Positions 10,353 to 20,862 of a stretch of DNA of 59,906 bases are shown in pieces (within the stretch, counting starts at the first letter, position 1; every line of letters begins with the position of its first letter). This DNA comes from Promethearchaeota archaeon (GTDB lineage Archaea; Asgardarchaeota; Lokiarchaeia; Sigyniarchaeales; SOKP01). The notes beneath the pieces are model-generated. The model saw only the letters and a program-made list of their open reading frames with translations. It was not told where the DNA came from and searched no databases. The DNA lies in assembly GCA_048939015.1 (NCBI GenBank), contig JBHLPW010000011.1:26930-86835 (forward strand), in the 5' to 3' direction. Position numbers and translations under genes: made by a program.

Positions 10353-10396
10353 GGAATTATAATTTGAATTGCTGGTTTCTAAAAAATAATAAATTT

Positions 10397-11311
10397 TTAA
10401 ATTAAACTACTGATTTCTTTTAATCTCATTCTTAAAGTAATTTCAGAGACATTTGCAATTTTACAGATCTGTTTTTGAGTTCGAAATTCATTAGTTTTTT
10501 TTGAGGACATATATAACGATGCAGCAGCAATACCTTTAGGATCTCTTCCTGAAGTAATTAATCCTTTCCTTTTACTTTGCTCAATGACCTTTATTGCATT
10601 ATTCCGACAATTCAAAGATAAATCTAACTCATCATAGAATTTATTTATATAATCTTTAGGTGTAAAATTTTGCGTGTTCAAATTCATATTTGGAACAACA
10701 ATACTTAGAACTGCTTTATAACAATATACAAATTTTTTCTTAGAAATTTGAAATGCGGTTAATAAATCTTCGAGAATTATTGGTTTTCTGTAAAATTTTA
10801 GTGCAAAATAAAGTGAAACACAGAGAATTCCATCAATTGTTCTTCCTAATGTTAATTTTTTTTTTGCAGCAGAAATATATATCTTAATCGTGTCTTCGGT
10901 AATATAATTTGGGAGATTTAAGTGAGTCTTGATTTGATTTAATTTTGAAATTGCGTACCATAAATTTCTTTCAAGACCATTTACTAATCCTCTATTTATT
11001 TTAGCCAATCTCTTATATTGATTCAATGCTTTTGGAGACAAAAAGTTACCTTTTCCATCTAAATTACCTTTAATTACTGTACGAGGCCCAATTAGAGAAC
11101 GCTTAGGTTCAGTACCAATATAAGTTACTTTTTTATCTAAAACTATTCTATTTATAGGTTTATAAGATATAATCCTTGATTGGACAGTTCCACAATTAGT
11201 ACAGACTCTATATCCATTAGAAGAGATAAGATTTGGATTAGCACAACAGTCTTGCTCTTTATTTTTTAAAAGGTCTTCATCATATTTTCTAATAGTTTTT
11301 AAATTTGCCAT
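10397..11311 (-). CDS. tfb: Transcription initiation factor IIB (TFB) paralogue
   Basis: N-terminal Zn ribbon (CCANP...CTNCG), ERNL, two cyclin repeats, SGRDPKGIAAASLY, VSEITLRMR. Confidence 0.9.
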   Translation of the reverse strand: MANLKTIRKYDEDLLKNKEQDCCANPNLISSNGYRVCTNCGTVQSRIISYKPINRIVLDKKVTYIGTEPKRSLIGPRTVIKGNLDGKGNFLSPKALNQYKRLAKINRGLVNGLERNLWYAISKLNQIKTHLNLPNYITEDTIKIYISAAKKKLTLGRTIDGILCVSLYFALKFYRKPIILEDLLTAFQISKKKFVYCYKAVLSIVVPNMNLNTQNFTPKDYINKFYDELDLSLNCRNNAIKVIEQSKRKGLITSGRDPKGIAAASLYMSSKKTNEFRTQKQICKIANVSEITLRMRLKEISSLI

Positions 11312-11342
11312 TTTTTTTCACATTTTATTTTCTGATTTAAAT

Positions 11343-11549
11343 TCAAGTTATAGAAGCTAAGAATATTTTGTTTGAAAAATCCAATTTTTTTAAAATGATT
11401 ATACTTTCTGTTTCAGTATCCTTATTTTTTATAGGAGTTTTTATTTCAATTTTGAACTCTTCTATAAAATAATTTATAAAGATACTTTTGATAGATTTGT
11501 CAAAATCAACAAACATTTTCAAATCAATTCCTTCTTTTTTATCAGACAT
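11343..11549 (-). CDS. Small hypothetical protein (68 aa)
   Basis: ATG at 11549 overlaps the Lrp stop (translational coupling); fills the gap between lrp and tfb; start re-called from 11624. Confidence 0.5.
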   Translation of the reverse strand: MSDKKEGIDLKMFVDFDKSIKSIFINYFIEEFKIEIKTPIKNKDTETESIIILKKLDFSNKIFLASIT

Positions 11550-12051
11550 ATATTTCATTCTTTTTAGATTTTTTAACACAATCACATGATTGAATTCTGA
11601 AATCAACAGGAATGACGAATTCATTAATAATATTCGTTATTATCTCAATGTTAATTTTCTCTACCTTAGGGTTACTTCTAAAATGATAATTTACAATTTT
11701 ATCTATATTTTTCAAGGTAGGATTCGCGATGATTATCTCAAAATTTGAAATTCCACTTGTGATATACCCTTGGATCATGTATGGGCAGGATTTAATTATC
11801 TGAATAATAGCATGGGGATCAGATGATTGAAAGCTTATCTTTGCTAAGAAACAATTTGAGTTTTTTAGGTTTAGACCAGCTTGAAAAGTAAGTATTCCTA
11901 ATTTTTCAAGTTTTTTTATTCTCATTCCCACTGTTGGTTGACTTCTATTGATTTTTTTAGCTATCTGAGTATGAGTTATTGTAGGGTCTTTTTGGATAAA
12001 TTCCACTATGCTTTTATCAATATCATCCAAAATTAATGCTTCATTAACCAT
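11542..12051 (-). CDS. Lrp/AsnC family transcriptional regulator
   Basis: LDDIDKSI...IAKKINRSQPTVGMRIKKLEKLG HTH plus RAM-like domain. Confidence 0.92.
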   Translation of the reverse strand: MVNEALILDDIDKSIVEFIQKDPTITHTQIAKKINRSQPTVGMRIKKLEKLGILTFQAGLNLKNSNCFLAKISFQSSDPHAIIQIIKSCPYMIQGYITSGISNFEIIIANPTLKNIDKIVNYHFRSNPKVEKINIEIITNIINEFVIPVDFRIQSCDCVKKSKKNEIYV

Positions 12052-12130
12052 TTCTATTAATTTCCTCTTTTTTATGATTTGCTTTTCTAATTTTTTTAGT
12101 GAATTTTTATATTGATGTTATTAAAAAATA

Positions 12131-12178
12131 GCAATATTATGATATTTAAATATTGCGATTTCATAATATTATGATATT
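12131..12178. promoter_or_regulatory. Candidate operator array between divergent lrp and arsR
   Basis: Perfect palindrome TCATAATATTATGA (12161-12174); direct repeat AATATTATGATATT (12133, 12165); inverted GCAATAT/ATATTGC (12131/12150). Confidence 0.5.
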
Positions 12179-12299
12179 CCTTATTAATAATATTTAAATA
12201 AGTAAAGCATATTATTTATATAGATAAAATTCTGAATAAGTTTCAGAAGAATTTATCTCTCAAAAATTAAGAAAAATTAATATTGATGATGTTCTAAGA

Positions 12300-12635
12300 A
12301 TGGATGAATTGACAGAGGCGGCATCAGAATTTTTAAAATTATTAAGTGATCCATATAAACTAGAAATTATTAAATTACTAAAAATTGGAGAAAAAACATC
12401 AAAAGAAATCGAAGAAGCCTTAAACATAAGTCAATCTTACACATCTCAATTATTAAAACAATTGCAAGATGCAAATATTATTTTTTATAAAAGAGAAGGA
12501 AGTATTAAAATATATTTTATAAAAAGTTATAACATTTATAGAGTAATTTCCACAATTAATTCAATTGTTATTGAGTTACATAAAGAAAAGTTTCAGAGAT
12601 TGATTGATTCTGATAATATCGAAAAATTAAAATAA
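12300..12635 (+). CDS. ArsR/SmtB family transcriptional regulator
   Basis: FLKLLSDPYKLEII, ISQSYTSQLLKQL, KREG wing. Confidence 0.9.
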   Translation: MDELTEAASEFLKLLSDPYKLEIIKLLKIGEKTSKEIEEALNISQSYTSQLLKQLQDANIIFYKREGSIKIYFIKSYNIYRVISTINSIVIELHKEKFQRLIDSDNIEKLK

Positions 12636-12663
12636 AAAAAGTAATTTCAACTCTAAAAATAAT

Positions 12664-13218
12664 TTGAAGTCCATAATGTCGATAAATGATGAACCAAACA
12701 AGAAAAAAATCCTAGTATTGGGATTGGAAAAAAGCGGTAAAACATCTATAGTCCTAAATTTTATTGGGAAATATAATATATCTGATTTTTTCTCTTATAA
12801 TAATACAAAAAATCCTAATGTGGTCAAATTAGAAAGGGATAATATTACTTTTTACTTATGGGATTTTAATGGTAATGAAGCCGATCGTAATGAATTCTTA
12901 AAAAATTTTAAAAATTACATTGTTGATACGAAGGAAATATTTTTTGTTATTGATATCCAAGATTTAAAGAGATATGAATTAACATTAACATTTTTGCAGG
13001 AAGTTATAAAAAAGTTGCATGATTTGAGTCTAAAGGTAGAGTTTACTTTTTTTCTTCATAAATATGATCGTGATCTTTTAGAAAAATTACCAGAAATTAA
13101 AGAAAAAAAAATTGAAAGTCTTATAAGAAAAATAAAACAAATTGTTCCTTCCGAAGAATTCCATGAGATTTATAAATCCACTATTTATACAATACTAGAT
13201 AAAATTCATGTTTATTAA
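12664..13218 (+). CDS. Small GTPase-like protein (Rag/Arf-like), degenerate motifs
   Basis: G1 GLEKSGKT, G3 LWDFNG, IFFVIDIQD, G4 HKYD, G5-like KSTIY. Confidence 0.85.
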   Translation: MKSIMSINDEPNKKKILVLGLEKSGKTSIVLNFIGKYNISDFFSYNNTKNPNVVKLERDNITFYLWDFNGNEADRNEFLKNFKNYIVDTKEIFFVIDIQDLKRYELTLTFLQEVIKKLHDLSLKVEFTFFLHKYDRDLLEKLPEIKEKKIESLIRKIKQIVPSEEFHEIYKSTIYTILDKIHVY

Positions 13219-13246
13219 GCAGTATATTCTTATTCTATAATTTTTT

Positions 13247-13885
13247 TTACTCATAATGCAAGACTCTAATGATCTCAACTAAGTGGTTAATTTTATCAAC
13301 AAATTGTTCTAAAGTCAATACACTGTCTCGAATAATCAATAAATTTCTGATTTCCACATCTTTATCTTTATAAATGTAATGAAGAAATTGATGTAATAGC
13401 CAATCTGTAGAGTTAGCAAGCTCATGAATTTTATTTATATTAAAAATTAAATTAATAGGGTTTTCTTGCAACAATTTAATTGATTCTTTTAACAATGTTG
13501 TCATTTCTAAAATATTATTGATTGTTTTACGATACATTGTTTTTATTTCTGAATCTACATATTTTAATTCAATGTACATTAAGAAGTTAACAAATTTTGA
13601 AGCTAGATTTGATAGATTATCCATTTTCTGAATTAAAACGACCCAATCTCCCGAGTCAAATGTTAATACTTCAGAAAATTCTTTAATTGTTTTATTTTTT
13701 ATCAATGTCGCTTCTTCAATATCAAATTTTAATTTATTTGCTTTTTTTTCCAACGTATCTTTATTATTTTTTAAATCTTCTGCCCAAGCTATATAAAAAA
13801 CTCCCATGTCACTTATAATTGAATACAAAGTTCTTGATTGTTCAGTAAGCATTTCAATTAATTGATCTTTAATTTTAGTCTTCAT
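13247..13885 (-). CDS. DUF47/PhoU-like phosphate transport regulator, divergent
   Basis: All-helical two-repeat pattern (DWVVLIQKMDNL; IHELANSTD; LEQFVD) typical of DUF47; directly downstream of hppA. Confidence 0.6.
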   Translation of the reverse strand: MKTKIKDQLIEMLTEQSRTLYSIISDMGVFYIAWAEDLKNNKDTLEKKANKLKFDIEEATLIKNKTIKEFSEVLTFDSGDWVVLIQKMDNLSNLASKFVNFLMYIELKYVDSEIKTMYRKTINNILEMTTLLKESIKLLQENPINLIFNINKIHELANSTDWLLHQFLHYIYKDKDVEIRNLLIIRDSVLTLEQFVDKINHLVEIIRVLHYE

Positions 13886-13958
13886 TTTAGTTCGACATTA
13901 TTGTAGATTCTTAAAATTTTGTTTGTTTTCATTATAAAATTCATTTTGGTAATTTTAT

Positions 13959-16028
13959 TTATAAAATGATTAAAGGTCCAATAGCCAAAAAGATTGGAGC
14001 AAAAGCTATTGAAACAGTATTGATTACTTTAACAAGGATATGGAGAGATGGACCCGCAGTATCTTTTAAAGGATCCCCGAATGTATCACCTATGATGGAG
14101 GCGTCATGCGCGTCAGAACCTTTCCCTCCTAGAAGTCCTCCCTCAATTGCTTTTTTTGTATTATCTAGAGCACCTCCTCCTGTATTTAGAACAAATCCCA
14201 ATATTATTCCTGATATAGTTCCAGATATCAAAAATGCAGCTAGAGCAACAGGACCGAATAAAAATCCAAGAATAATAGGAGTCAATGTAGGTAGTAGAGC
14301 AGGGAAAATCATTTGCTTTAAAGCTACTTTTGTGCCAGTATCAATACATTTTTCATAATTTGGTAATGATTTATTATCAAGTATTCCAGGATCTTCTTTG
14401 AATTGCCTTTGAATTTCTTTAATCATCCCATATGCCGCTACTCCTGCAGATCTAATTGCTAATGCTGAAAAAAGAAAGGGAATCACTGCTCCTATCAATA
14501 AAGCACATAAAACAATAGGATGATAAATGTTAACATCAATTGTCTTAATTTCTTCTAAATACGCTTCAAATAATATAATAGCGGATAAAGCAGCACAAGT
14601 GATGCCAAAACCCTTAGCCAATGCTTTTGTTGTATTACCAACGGCGTCTAACCTATCTAAATTATATCTTACTTTTTCACCCTGATGAGACATTTCTGCT
14701 ATTCCTGCAGCATTGTCAGATACAGGCCCAAAACCATCAAAAGCTAAAATTATCGTTGTAATTGATAACAAACCCATTGTTGCAACAGTTATTCCAAATA
14801 CTCCTCCTAAGTATGGATCTATTTTATTCACAATACCGTATTGTTCACCAAGGAAAAAACTAATAATAATTCCCAATACAAATGAGACTACGGGAATTGC
14901 AGGGGATTCTAAACCTAAAGAAAAACCACTTATCACGTTGGTAGCAGCTCCAGTTTCTGAACTTTTTATTACATTTTTTACTGGTTTATATCTTGAGGAT
15001 GTATAATAATCAACTATAAAATAAGTTGATAAACCTAACATTACTCCTAATATGGAAGAAATGAATAAGAAGTACCAGCCCGTTTGAAAACATATCAATG
15101 TTAATATTAGAAAGAATATGATATTAAATACGGCGCTAGCACTAAGGCTTCTAGCAAACGCTGCTATAGGTGATTTATCTTTTTCTTTAATCTTTACAAA
15201 AAAACCTCCCAATATACCAGCAATATTGCCTAGAGCTCTTGAAATTAAGGAAAAAATAATGAATAATGGATTATTTGTAATTATACTTAATGTTACTCCA
15301 ATAATCATTGCAGCTATGTTATTTGCAGAGGAAGATTCATAAAGATCTGCTCCTCTACCGGCACAATCTCCTACATTATCTCCCACATTGTCAGCTATAG
15401 CAGCAGGATTTCTTATATCATCTTCAGGTAATCCATGTTCTAACTTACCTACTAAATCAGCCCCAATATCTGCGCCTTTTGTATATATCCCTCCACCTAA
15501 TTGAGCAAAGAGTGCTGAAAAAGATGCTCCAAATGCAAAACCTACAATATTTTGAACATTAAAATTAAATGAAATAAATAAAATACTAATTCCCAATAAA
15601 GATATAGATATTACAGAAACGCCAATAACCATTCCTGCATTAAAACCTATTTTTAAAGCTTTATTTAAGTCACTTTTACATGCTTGTGTTACTTTTACAT
15701 TTGATAAAGTTGATGCAACCATACTTATATAGCTCGCTATAAGAGACGAAATTGCCCCGATTACAAAAGAGACTCCCAGAGGGATATTAACAAAAAACAG
15801 GATTACAGAGAGAATTAGTAGAACAATACTTATAGTTTTAAATTGTCTTTTCAAATATGTATTTGAACCCAACTTTATTAAATCGTGAATTTTTACCATT
15901 TCTTCTGATCCACTATTTTCACGTCTAAGTTTTTTCAGTATCCAAAAAATGTAAAATAAGCCTAAAATGGATAGTAAGATTGCTAAAGAAAAAAGGATCC
16001 AATATATTATAATATAATTACCAGTCAT
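13959..16028 (-). CDS. hppA: Membrane-bound H+-translocating pyrophosphatase, K+-independent type
   Basis: GGGIYTKGADIGADLVGKLE, EDDIRNPAAIADNVGDNVGD, GPVSDNA, GNTTKA (Lys = K+-independent signature), GDTFGDPLKDTAGPS; start probably 16028 rather than 16064. Confidence 0.96.
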   Translation of the reverse strand: MTGNYIIIYWILFSLAILLSILGLFYIFWILKKLRRENSGSEEMVKIHDLIKLGSNTYLKRQFKTISIVLLILSVILFFVNIPLGVSFVIGAISSLIASYISMVASTLSNVKVTQACKSDLNKALKIGFNAGMVIGVSVISISLLGISILFISFNFNVQNIVGFAFGASFSALFAQLGGGIYTKGADIGADLVGKLEHGLPEDDIRNPAAIADNVGDNVGDCAGRGADLYESSSANNIAAMIIGVTLSIITNNPLFIIFSLISRALGNIAGILGGFFVKIKEKDKSPIAAFARSLSASAVFNIIFFLILTLICFQTGWYFLFISSILGVMLGLSTYFIVDYYTSSRYKPVKNVIKSSETGAATNVISGFSLGLESPAIPVVSFVLGIIISFFLGEQYGIVNKIDPYLGGVFGITVATMGLLSITTIILAFDGFGPVSDNAAGIAEMSHQGEKVRYNLDRLDAVGNTTKALAKGFGITCAALSAIILFEAYLEEIKTIDVNIYHPIVLCALLIGAVIPFLFSALAIRSAGVAAYGMIKEIQRQFKEDPGILDNKSLPNYEKCIDTGTKVALKQMIFPALLPTLTPIILGFLFGPVALAAFLISGTISGIILGFVLNTGGGALDNTKKAIEGGLLGGKGSDAHDASIIGDTFGDPLKDTAGPSLHILVKVINTVSIAFAPIFLAIGPLIIL

Positions 16029-16283
16029 ACTCAAGTGTATTTTCGTTTTTATTTGTAGTTTCATTCAGATAATTGCCCTTTTAAAGACACGTATAAAATT
16101 TTATAAATTCAAATTATGGTTAAAACTCTTATTTTGAGTAAAATCAATATATTTATGGATTCAGAAGAAAAATTTTCTTTAATTTAGATTTTTAATTTAT
16201 TTTTCTTAGGGAATAATCTTATAATAGTAAGAGTATGATTCGTCTTTAGCATTTAAAGAGAAAAAAAAGAGAATTAGAAAAAA

Positions 16284-17993
16284 ATGAATGTTAATGAAAA
16301 AAATCAAGAAGTTGCTTATTTTTCTATGGAAATTGCATTAGAAAGTAGTTTACCTATATATTCTGGAGGTTTAGGAATATTAGCTGGAGATGCACTCCGA
16401 TCTGCAGCTGATATGGGGTTACCAATGATTGCAGTTACCTTAATATATGATGCAGGCTACTTCTACCAACAAATTGGACCAAATGGAGAACAAATCGAAA
16501 AAGAGATGGAATGGGATTTTGGGAATGATTTTGAAAAAATTAACCAACAAGTGACTCTTGAATTACAGGATAAATTAATTCAAGTAGAAGCTTGGAAATA
16601 TGAAATTATAGGTAGAAATGGGCATAAAATACCAATAATATTATTAGATACTGATCTTGATGAAAATGAGCCATGGCAAAGAAAATTAACTCACATGTTA
16701 TATGATGCTAATAAATTTCAACGAATAGTCCAAGAGATGATTCTTGGTATTTGTGGATATAAAATGTTAGAAAAACTTGGATATAATAAAATAATAACTT
16801 ATCATCTTAATGAAGGCCATGCGGCTTTTCTAATCTTTGAACTTCTAAAAAAATATAAAAATTTAGAAGATGTCAAAAAGCATTGTGTATTTACGACTCA
16901 TACTCCTGTAAGGGCAGGACTTGAAGAATTTGATTATAACTTAGTATACGATGTCTTTCGAAATCGCCTACCAGATCAAATCCATGAATTTGGGGGAGAA
17001 AATGCACTCAATATGACTATTTTAGCTTTAAATTCGAGTGGTTACATTAATGCCGTTTCAAAAAAACATACTGAAATCTCAAACAAGATGTTTCCAAATT
17101 ATAAAATTAATCCTATAACAAACGGGGTTCATGTTGGATATTGGTTATCACCATTTATGAGAGATTTTTTTAATGAGGAATTATCACGAGAGTGGCATCA
17201 TAATTTAGATCTCTTTGAAAAAGCTTTAGATTTAGATAGTTATGAGTTATGGAGAGTGCATAATAAAGCAAAAAATCATCTAATTGAATATGAAAATTCT
17301 CATTCTTGGGTCTTGTTTGATAAAAATTTGTTAACCATAGGATTTAGCCGCAGGATTGCTGAATATAAACGACCACTTTTACTTTTCACTGATCTTGAAC
17401 GTTTAGCAAAAATTATACACAAAAAAGCACAGTTAATTTTTTCTGGAAAAGCTCATCCTGCTGATCTGCAATCTAAATCTTATATAAAAAAGATTTATGA
17501 ATATAGTAATTATTTATGGAATTCATATGGAATCGGACTTGTATTTTTAGAAAATTATGAGATTTCATTAGCAAAGTTATTAGTGAGTGGAGTCGATTTA
17601 TGGTTAAATAATCCAAGAAGATATTTAGAGGCAAGTGGAACAAGTGGAATGAAAGCAGCTATTAATGGAGTATTGAATTTTTCTACTTTGGATGGATGGT
17701 GGATTGAGGGATACTACATGTCTGATAAAAAAGCAGGATGGGCTATAGGTCCTGAACCCTCTGATCAAAAGGCACAAACTGTTGATGATTCCTTTGATGC
17801 TGAAGATTTATATGTTAAATTGGAAAAAGAAATTATCCCTCTATATTATCAAAATAAGAGTGAATGGCAAGAAAGAATGAAATATGCAATAAAGTTAGGT
17901 GCTTATTTTAATACAAATCGTATGATGGAAGAATATGCCTTAAAATCTTATAAGCTGGTAAAACAACCATTATGGAAAAGTGGTCTTTATTAA
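16284..17993 (+). CDS. glgP: Alpha-glucan (glycogen/maltodextrin) phosphorylase, GT35
   Basis: AYFSMEI, YSGGLGILAGD, HLNEGH, FTTHTP, ITNGVH, EASGTSGMK, LDGWW. Confidence 0.95.
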   Translation: MNVNEKNQEVAYFSMEIALESSLPIYSGGLGILAGDALRSAADMGLPMIAVTLIYDAGYFYQQIGPNGEQIEKEMEWDFGNDFEKINQQVTLELQDKLIQVEAWKYEIIGRNGHKIPIILLDTDLDENEPWQRKLTHMLYDANKFQRIVQEMILGICGYKMLEKLGYNKIITYHLNEGHAAFLIFELLKKYKNLEDVKKHCVFTTHTPVRAGLEEFDYNLVYDVFRNRLPDQIHEFGGENALNMTILALNSSGYINAVSKKHTEISNKMFPNYKINPITNGVHVGYWLSPFMRDFFNEELSREWHHNLDLFEKALDLDSYELWRVHNKAKNHLIEYENSHSWVLFDKNLLTIGFSRRIAEYKRPLLLFTDLERLAKIIHKKAQLIFSGKAHPADLQSKSYIKKIYEYSNYLWNSYGIGLVFLENYEISLAKLLVSGVDLWLNNPRRYLEASGTSGMKAAINGVLNFSTLDGWWIEGYYMSDKKAGWAIGPEPSDQKAQTVDDSFDAEDLYVKLEKEIIPLYYQNKSEWQERMKYAIKLGAYFNTNRMMEEYALKSYKLVKQPLWKSGLY

Positions 17994-18201
17994 AATTTGA
18001 ATGTATTAAAATTGTATATTTAAAATTATATAGGAAAATTTTATATAAATTCGATCTAGTGATAATAAATACAAAAAGCTTCTTTATGACCTCCTTATAA
18101 ATTTAATATAAAATATTTATAAAGAAATTTTTCTCTATTATGGGTGAAGTTTTTAATTATTTACCTGAAAAAATGAAAATTACATATTATAAATCATTGA
18201 G

Positions 18202-20667
18202 ATGAAAAATTTGAGTAATACTCTGTTAACTACTGAAGAATCAAAAGAATTAAGTATAGACAACATTTATTCACGATTGTCAACGAATAGAGAAGGGTTG
18301 AGCGAAGTTGAAGCTAAAGCAAGAATAGAAAAATTTGGTTATAATGAAATTCCGGAGAAAAGAGTTAGCCCTATTGTAAAGTTTTTGAAAAATTTTTGGG
18401 GACCTATTCCTTGGATGATTGAAATTGCCGCAATACTTTCTATAATTATAGGAGAATGGGATGATTTTATTATTATAATTGCAATGCTTTTAATTAACAG
18501 TTTTGTGCGTTTCTGGGAAGAGAATAAAGCAGATAATGCGATAGAATTGTTAAAAGAAAAACTGGCTTTAAAAGCTAAAGTGTTACGAGATAGAAAGTGG
18601 ATTGAAATTGAATCTAGAGGATTAGTGCCGGGAGATATTATTCATCTTAGATTGGGAGATATTATTCCCGCAGATACAAAATTGATAGATGGAGAATATC
18701 TCACTGTAGATGAATCTGTTTTAACTGGTGAATCATTACCTGTTGATAAAAAAGTTTCAGATATGAGCTATGAAGGAGCTATAATTCGTCAAGGTGAAAT
18801 GGATGGAGTTGTCGTTGGAACAGGATTAAATACATTTTTTGGAAAGACTACTCAATTAGTTGAAGAAGCAGAGACTAAAAGCCACTTCCAAAAAGCTGTT
18901 ATAAAAATTGGTAATTACCTTATATATATTGCAATTATACTTGTAGCTATAGTATTTGTAGTAGGAATTGTAAGAGCTGAAAGTTTTCTTAATCTGCTCC
19001 AATTTACTCTTGTCTTAGTAGTTGCAGCCATCCCAGTAGCATTACCTGCTGTTATGATGGTTTCAATGGCAGTGGGAGCAGTAGCATTAGCTAAAAAAAA
19101 AGCTATTGTAAGTAAATTGCTTTCCATTGAAGAAGCTGCCAGTATAGATGTTCTATGTTGTGATAAAACGGGAACTCTTACTAAAAATCAAATATCTATA
19201 GCAAAAGTCATACCATTTAGTAATTACACAGAAACCGATGTTATTCTTTATGGAGGATTAGCATCAAAAGAAGAAAGTAAAGATCCAATTGATGATGCTT
19301 TTTTTGCTAAAATAAGAGAGAATTCAGAAATTGAGTCAGAGATCTCAAGATATCAAAAAATTGAATTCAAGCCTTTCGATCCCATTAAAAAGCGAACTGA
19401 AGCGAAATTAAAAGACGATAATAATAAAGAAATTCAAGTTTCTAAAGGTGCAATTCAAGTAATTTTATCTATTGTAAACGGAGATCAAGATTTTCAAGAT
19501 AAAGTGAATAATCAAGGAAAAGATTTAGCGTTATCAGGATTTAGAGCTCTAGGTGTAGCAATATCTAAAGATCAAAATGTGTGGGAATATATTGGAACTG
19601 TAGCTCTTCACGATCCTCCGAGAGAAGATTCTTTTGATACAATACAAACAGCAAAATCATTAGGTATAAATGTAAAAATGGTTACAGGCGATCATAGAGA
19701 AATTGCAAAACAAATAGGAGGAAACTTAGGAGTTGGTACAAATATAGTCGTATCTTCAGAAATTATAGAAAAAGATGATGCTGAAACGATAAGTTTAGTT
19801 GAAAATGCGGATGGTTTTGCAGAAGTATATCCAGAGCATAAATATCATATTGTAGAGCTTCTACAGGAAAAAGATCATGTTGTAGGAATGACAGGAGATG
19901 GAGTTAATGATGCTCCTGCTTTAAAAAAGGCAGATATCGGATTTGCAGTTTCAAATGCTACAGATGCTGCAAAATCTGCTGCGGACATAGTATTAACTGA
20001 TCCTGGTATCTCCGTAATTGTTAAAGCAACGCAAGAAAGTCGTAGGATCTTTGAAAGAATGAAGAGTTATGCGATATATAGAATTGCTGAGACAGTTCGA
20101 ATTCTTATATTTTTAGTCCTTTCTATCACTATTTTTGCTTTTTATCCTATAACTGCTGTGATGATAGTTATTTTAGCCCTTTTAAATGATTTACCAATAA
20201 TGACTATTGCTTTTGATAATACGAGAGTCGCTATGAAACCAGTTAGATGGAGAATGCAAAGAATCTTGATTATATCATCCATTTTAGGAATAGCAGGAGT
20301 ACTTTTTAGCTTTTCCGTATTTTTGATTGGAAAATTTATATTTCAATTAAGCCTTGCAACACTTCAAACATTTATATTTTTGAAATTAGCTGTAGCAGGT
20401 CATATGACAATATATCTAACTCGAACTGAAGAAGATAACTTTTGGAAAAAACCCTTTCCATCAAAAATTCTTTTAATCACCTGTGAATCAACTCAAGTAA
20501 TAGCAACTATTTTTGCGGCTTTAGGGATTTTTATGCCACCAATCGGTTGGGCATTAGCAGGTTTTATTTGGCTATTTGCTATACTTGTGTTTTTTGGCAA
20601 TAATTTCTTAAAGATAGCAGTAATAAAGTTGTTAAACAAGAGAGATGCGAAAAAATTAAAAAATTAA
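18202..20667 (+). CDS. Plasma-membrane proton-efflux P-type ATPase (P3A)
   Basis: FWGPIPWMIE, TGES, IPVALP, DKTGT, FKPFDP, DPPR, TGD, PEHKY, GDGVNDAP, LLND (M6 Asp). Confidence 0.93.
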   Translation: MKNLSNTLLTTEESKELSIDNIYSRLSTNREGLSEVEAKARIEKFGYNEIPEKRVSPIVKFLKNFWGPIPWMIEIAAILSIIIGEWDDFIIIIAMLLINSFVRFWEENKADNAIELLKEKLALKAKVLRDRKWIEIESRGLVPGDIIHLRLGDIIPADTKLIDGEYLTVDESVLTGESLPVDKKVSDMSYEGAIIRQGEMDGVVVGTGLNTFFGKTTQLVEEAETKSHFQKAVIKIGNYLIYIAIILVAIVFVVGIVRAESFLNLLQFTLVLVVAAIPVALPAVMMVSMAVGAVALAKKKAIVSKLLSIEEAASIDVLCCDKTGTLTKNQISIAKVIPFSNYTETDVILYGGLASKEESKDPIDDAFFAKIRENSEIESEISRYQKIEFKPFDPIKKRTEAKLKDDNNKEIQVSKGAIQVILSIVNGDQDFQDKVNNQGKDLALSGFRALGVAISKDQNVWEYIGTVALHDPPREDSFDTIQTAKSLGINVKMVTGDHREIAKQIGGNLGVGTNIVVSSEIIEKDDAETISLVENADGFAEVYPEHKYHIVELLQEKDHVVGMTGDGVNDAPALKKADIGFAVSNATDAAKSAADIVLTDPGISVIVKATQESRRIFERMKSYAIYRIAETVRILIFLVLSITIFAFYPITAVMIVILALLNDLPIMTIAFDNTRVAMKPVRWRMQRILIISSILGIAGVLFSFSVFLIGKFIFQLSLATLQTFIFLKLAVAGHMTIYLTRTEEDNFWKKPFPSKILLITCESTQVIATIFAALGIFMPPIGWALAGFIWLFAILVFFGNNFLKIAVIKLLNKRDAKKLKN

Positions 20668-20862
20668 TTAGGTTAAATATTTTCATAATTTTTTTTAATA
20701 ATAACCTTTTTTTTAAAAATATATTATTAAATCTCAATCTTTTTTAAAATTGGGGGTTTTATATCAAATATTTTAGCCTTTATACTTATAAATGTTAGTC
20801 AAATTAATTTCTAAATAAAGTCTGCTTAGAATTTAGAATAAAAAAAAAAATTTAAGAATTCA

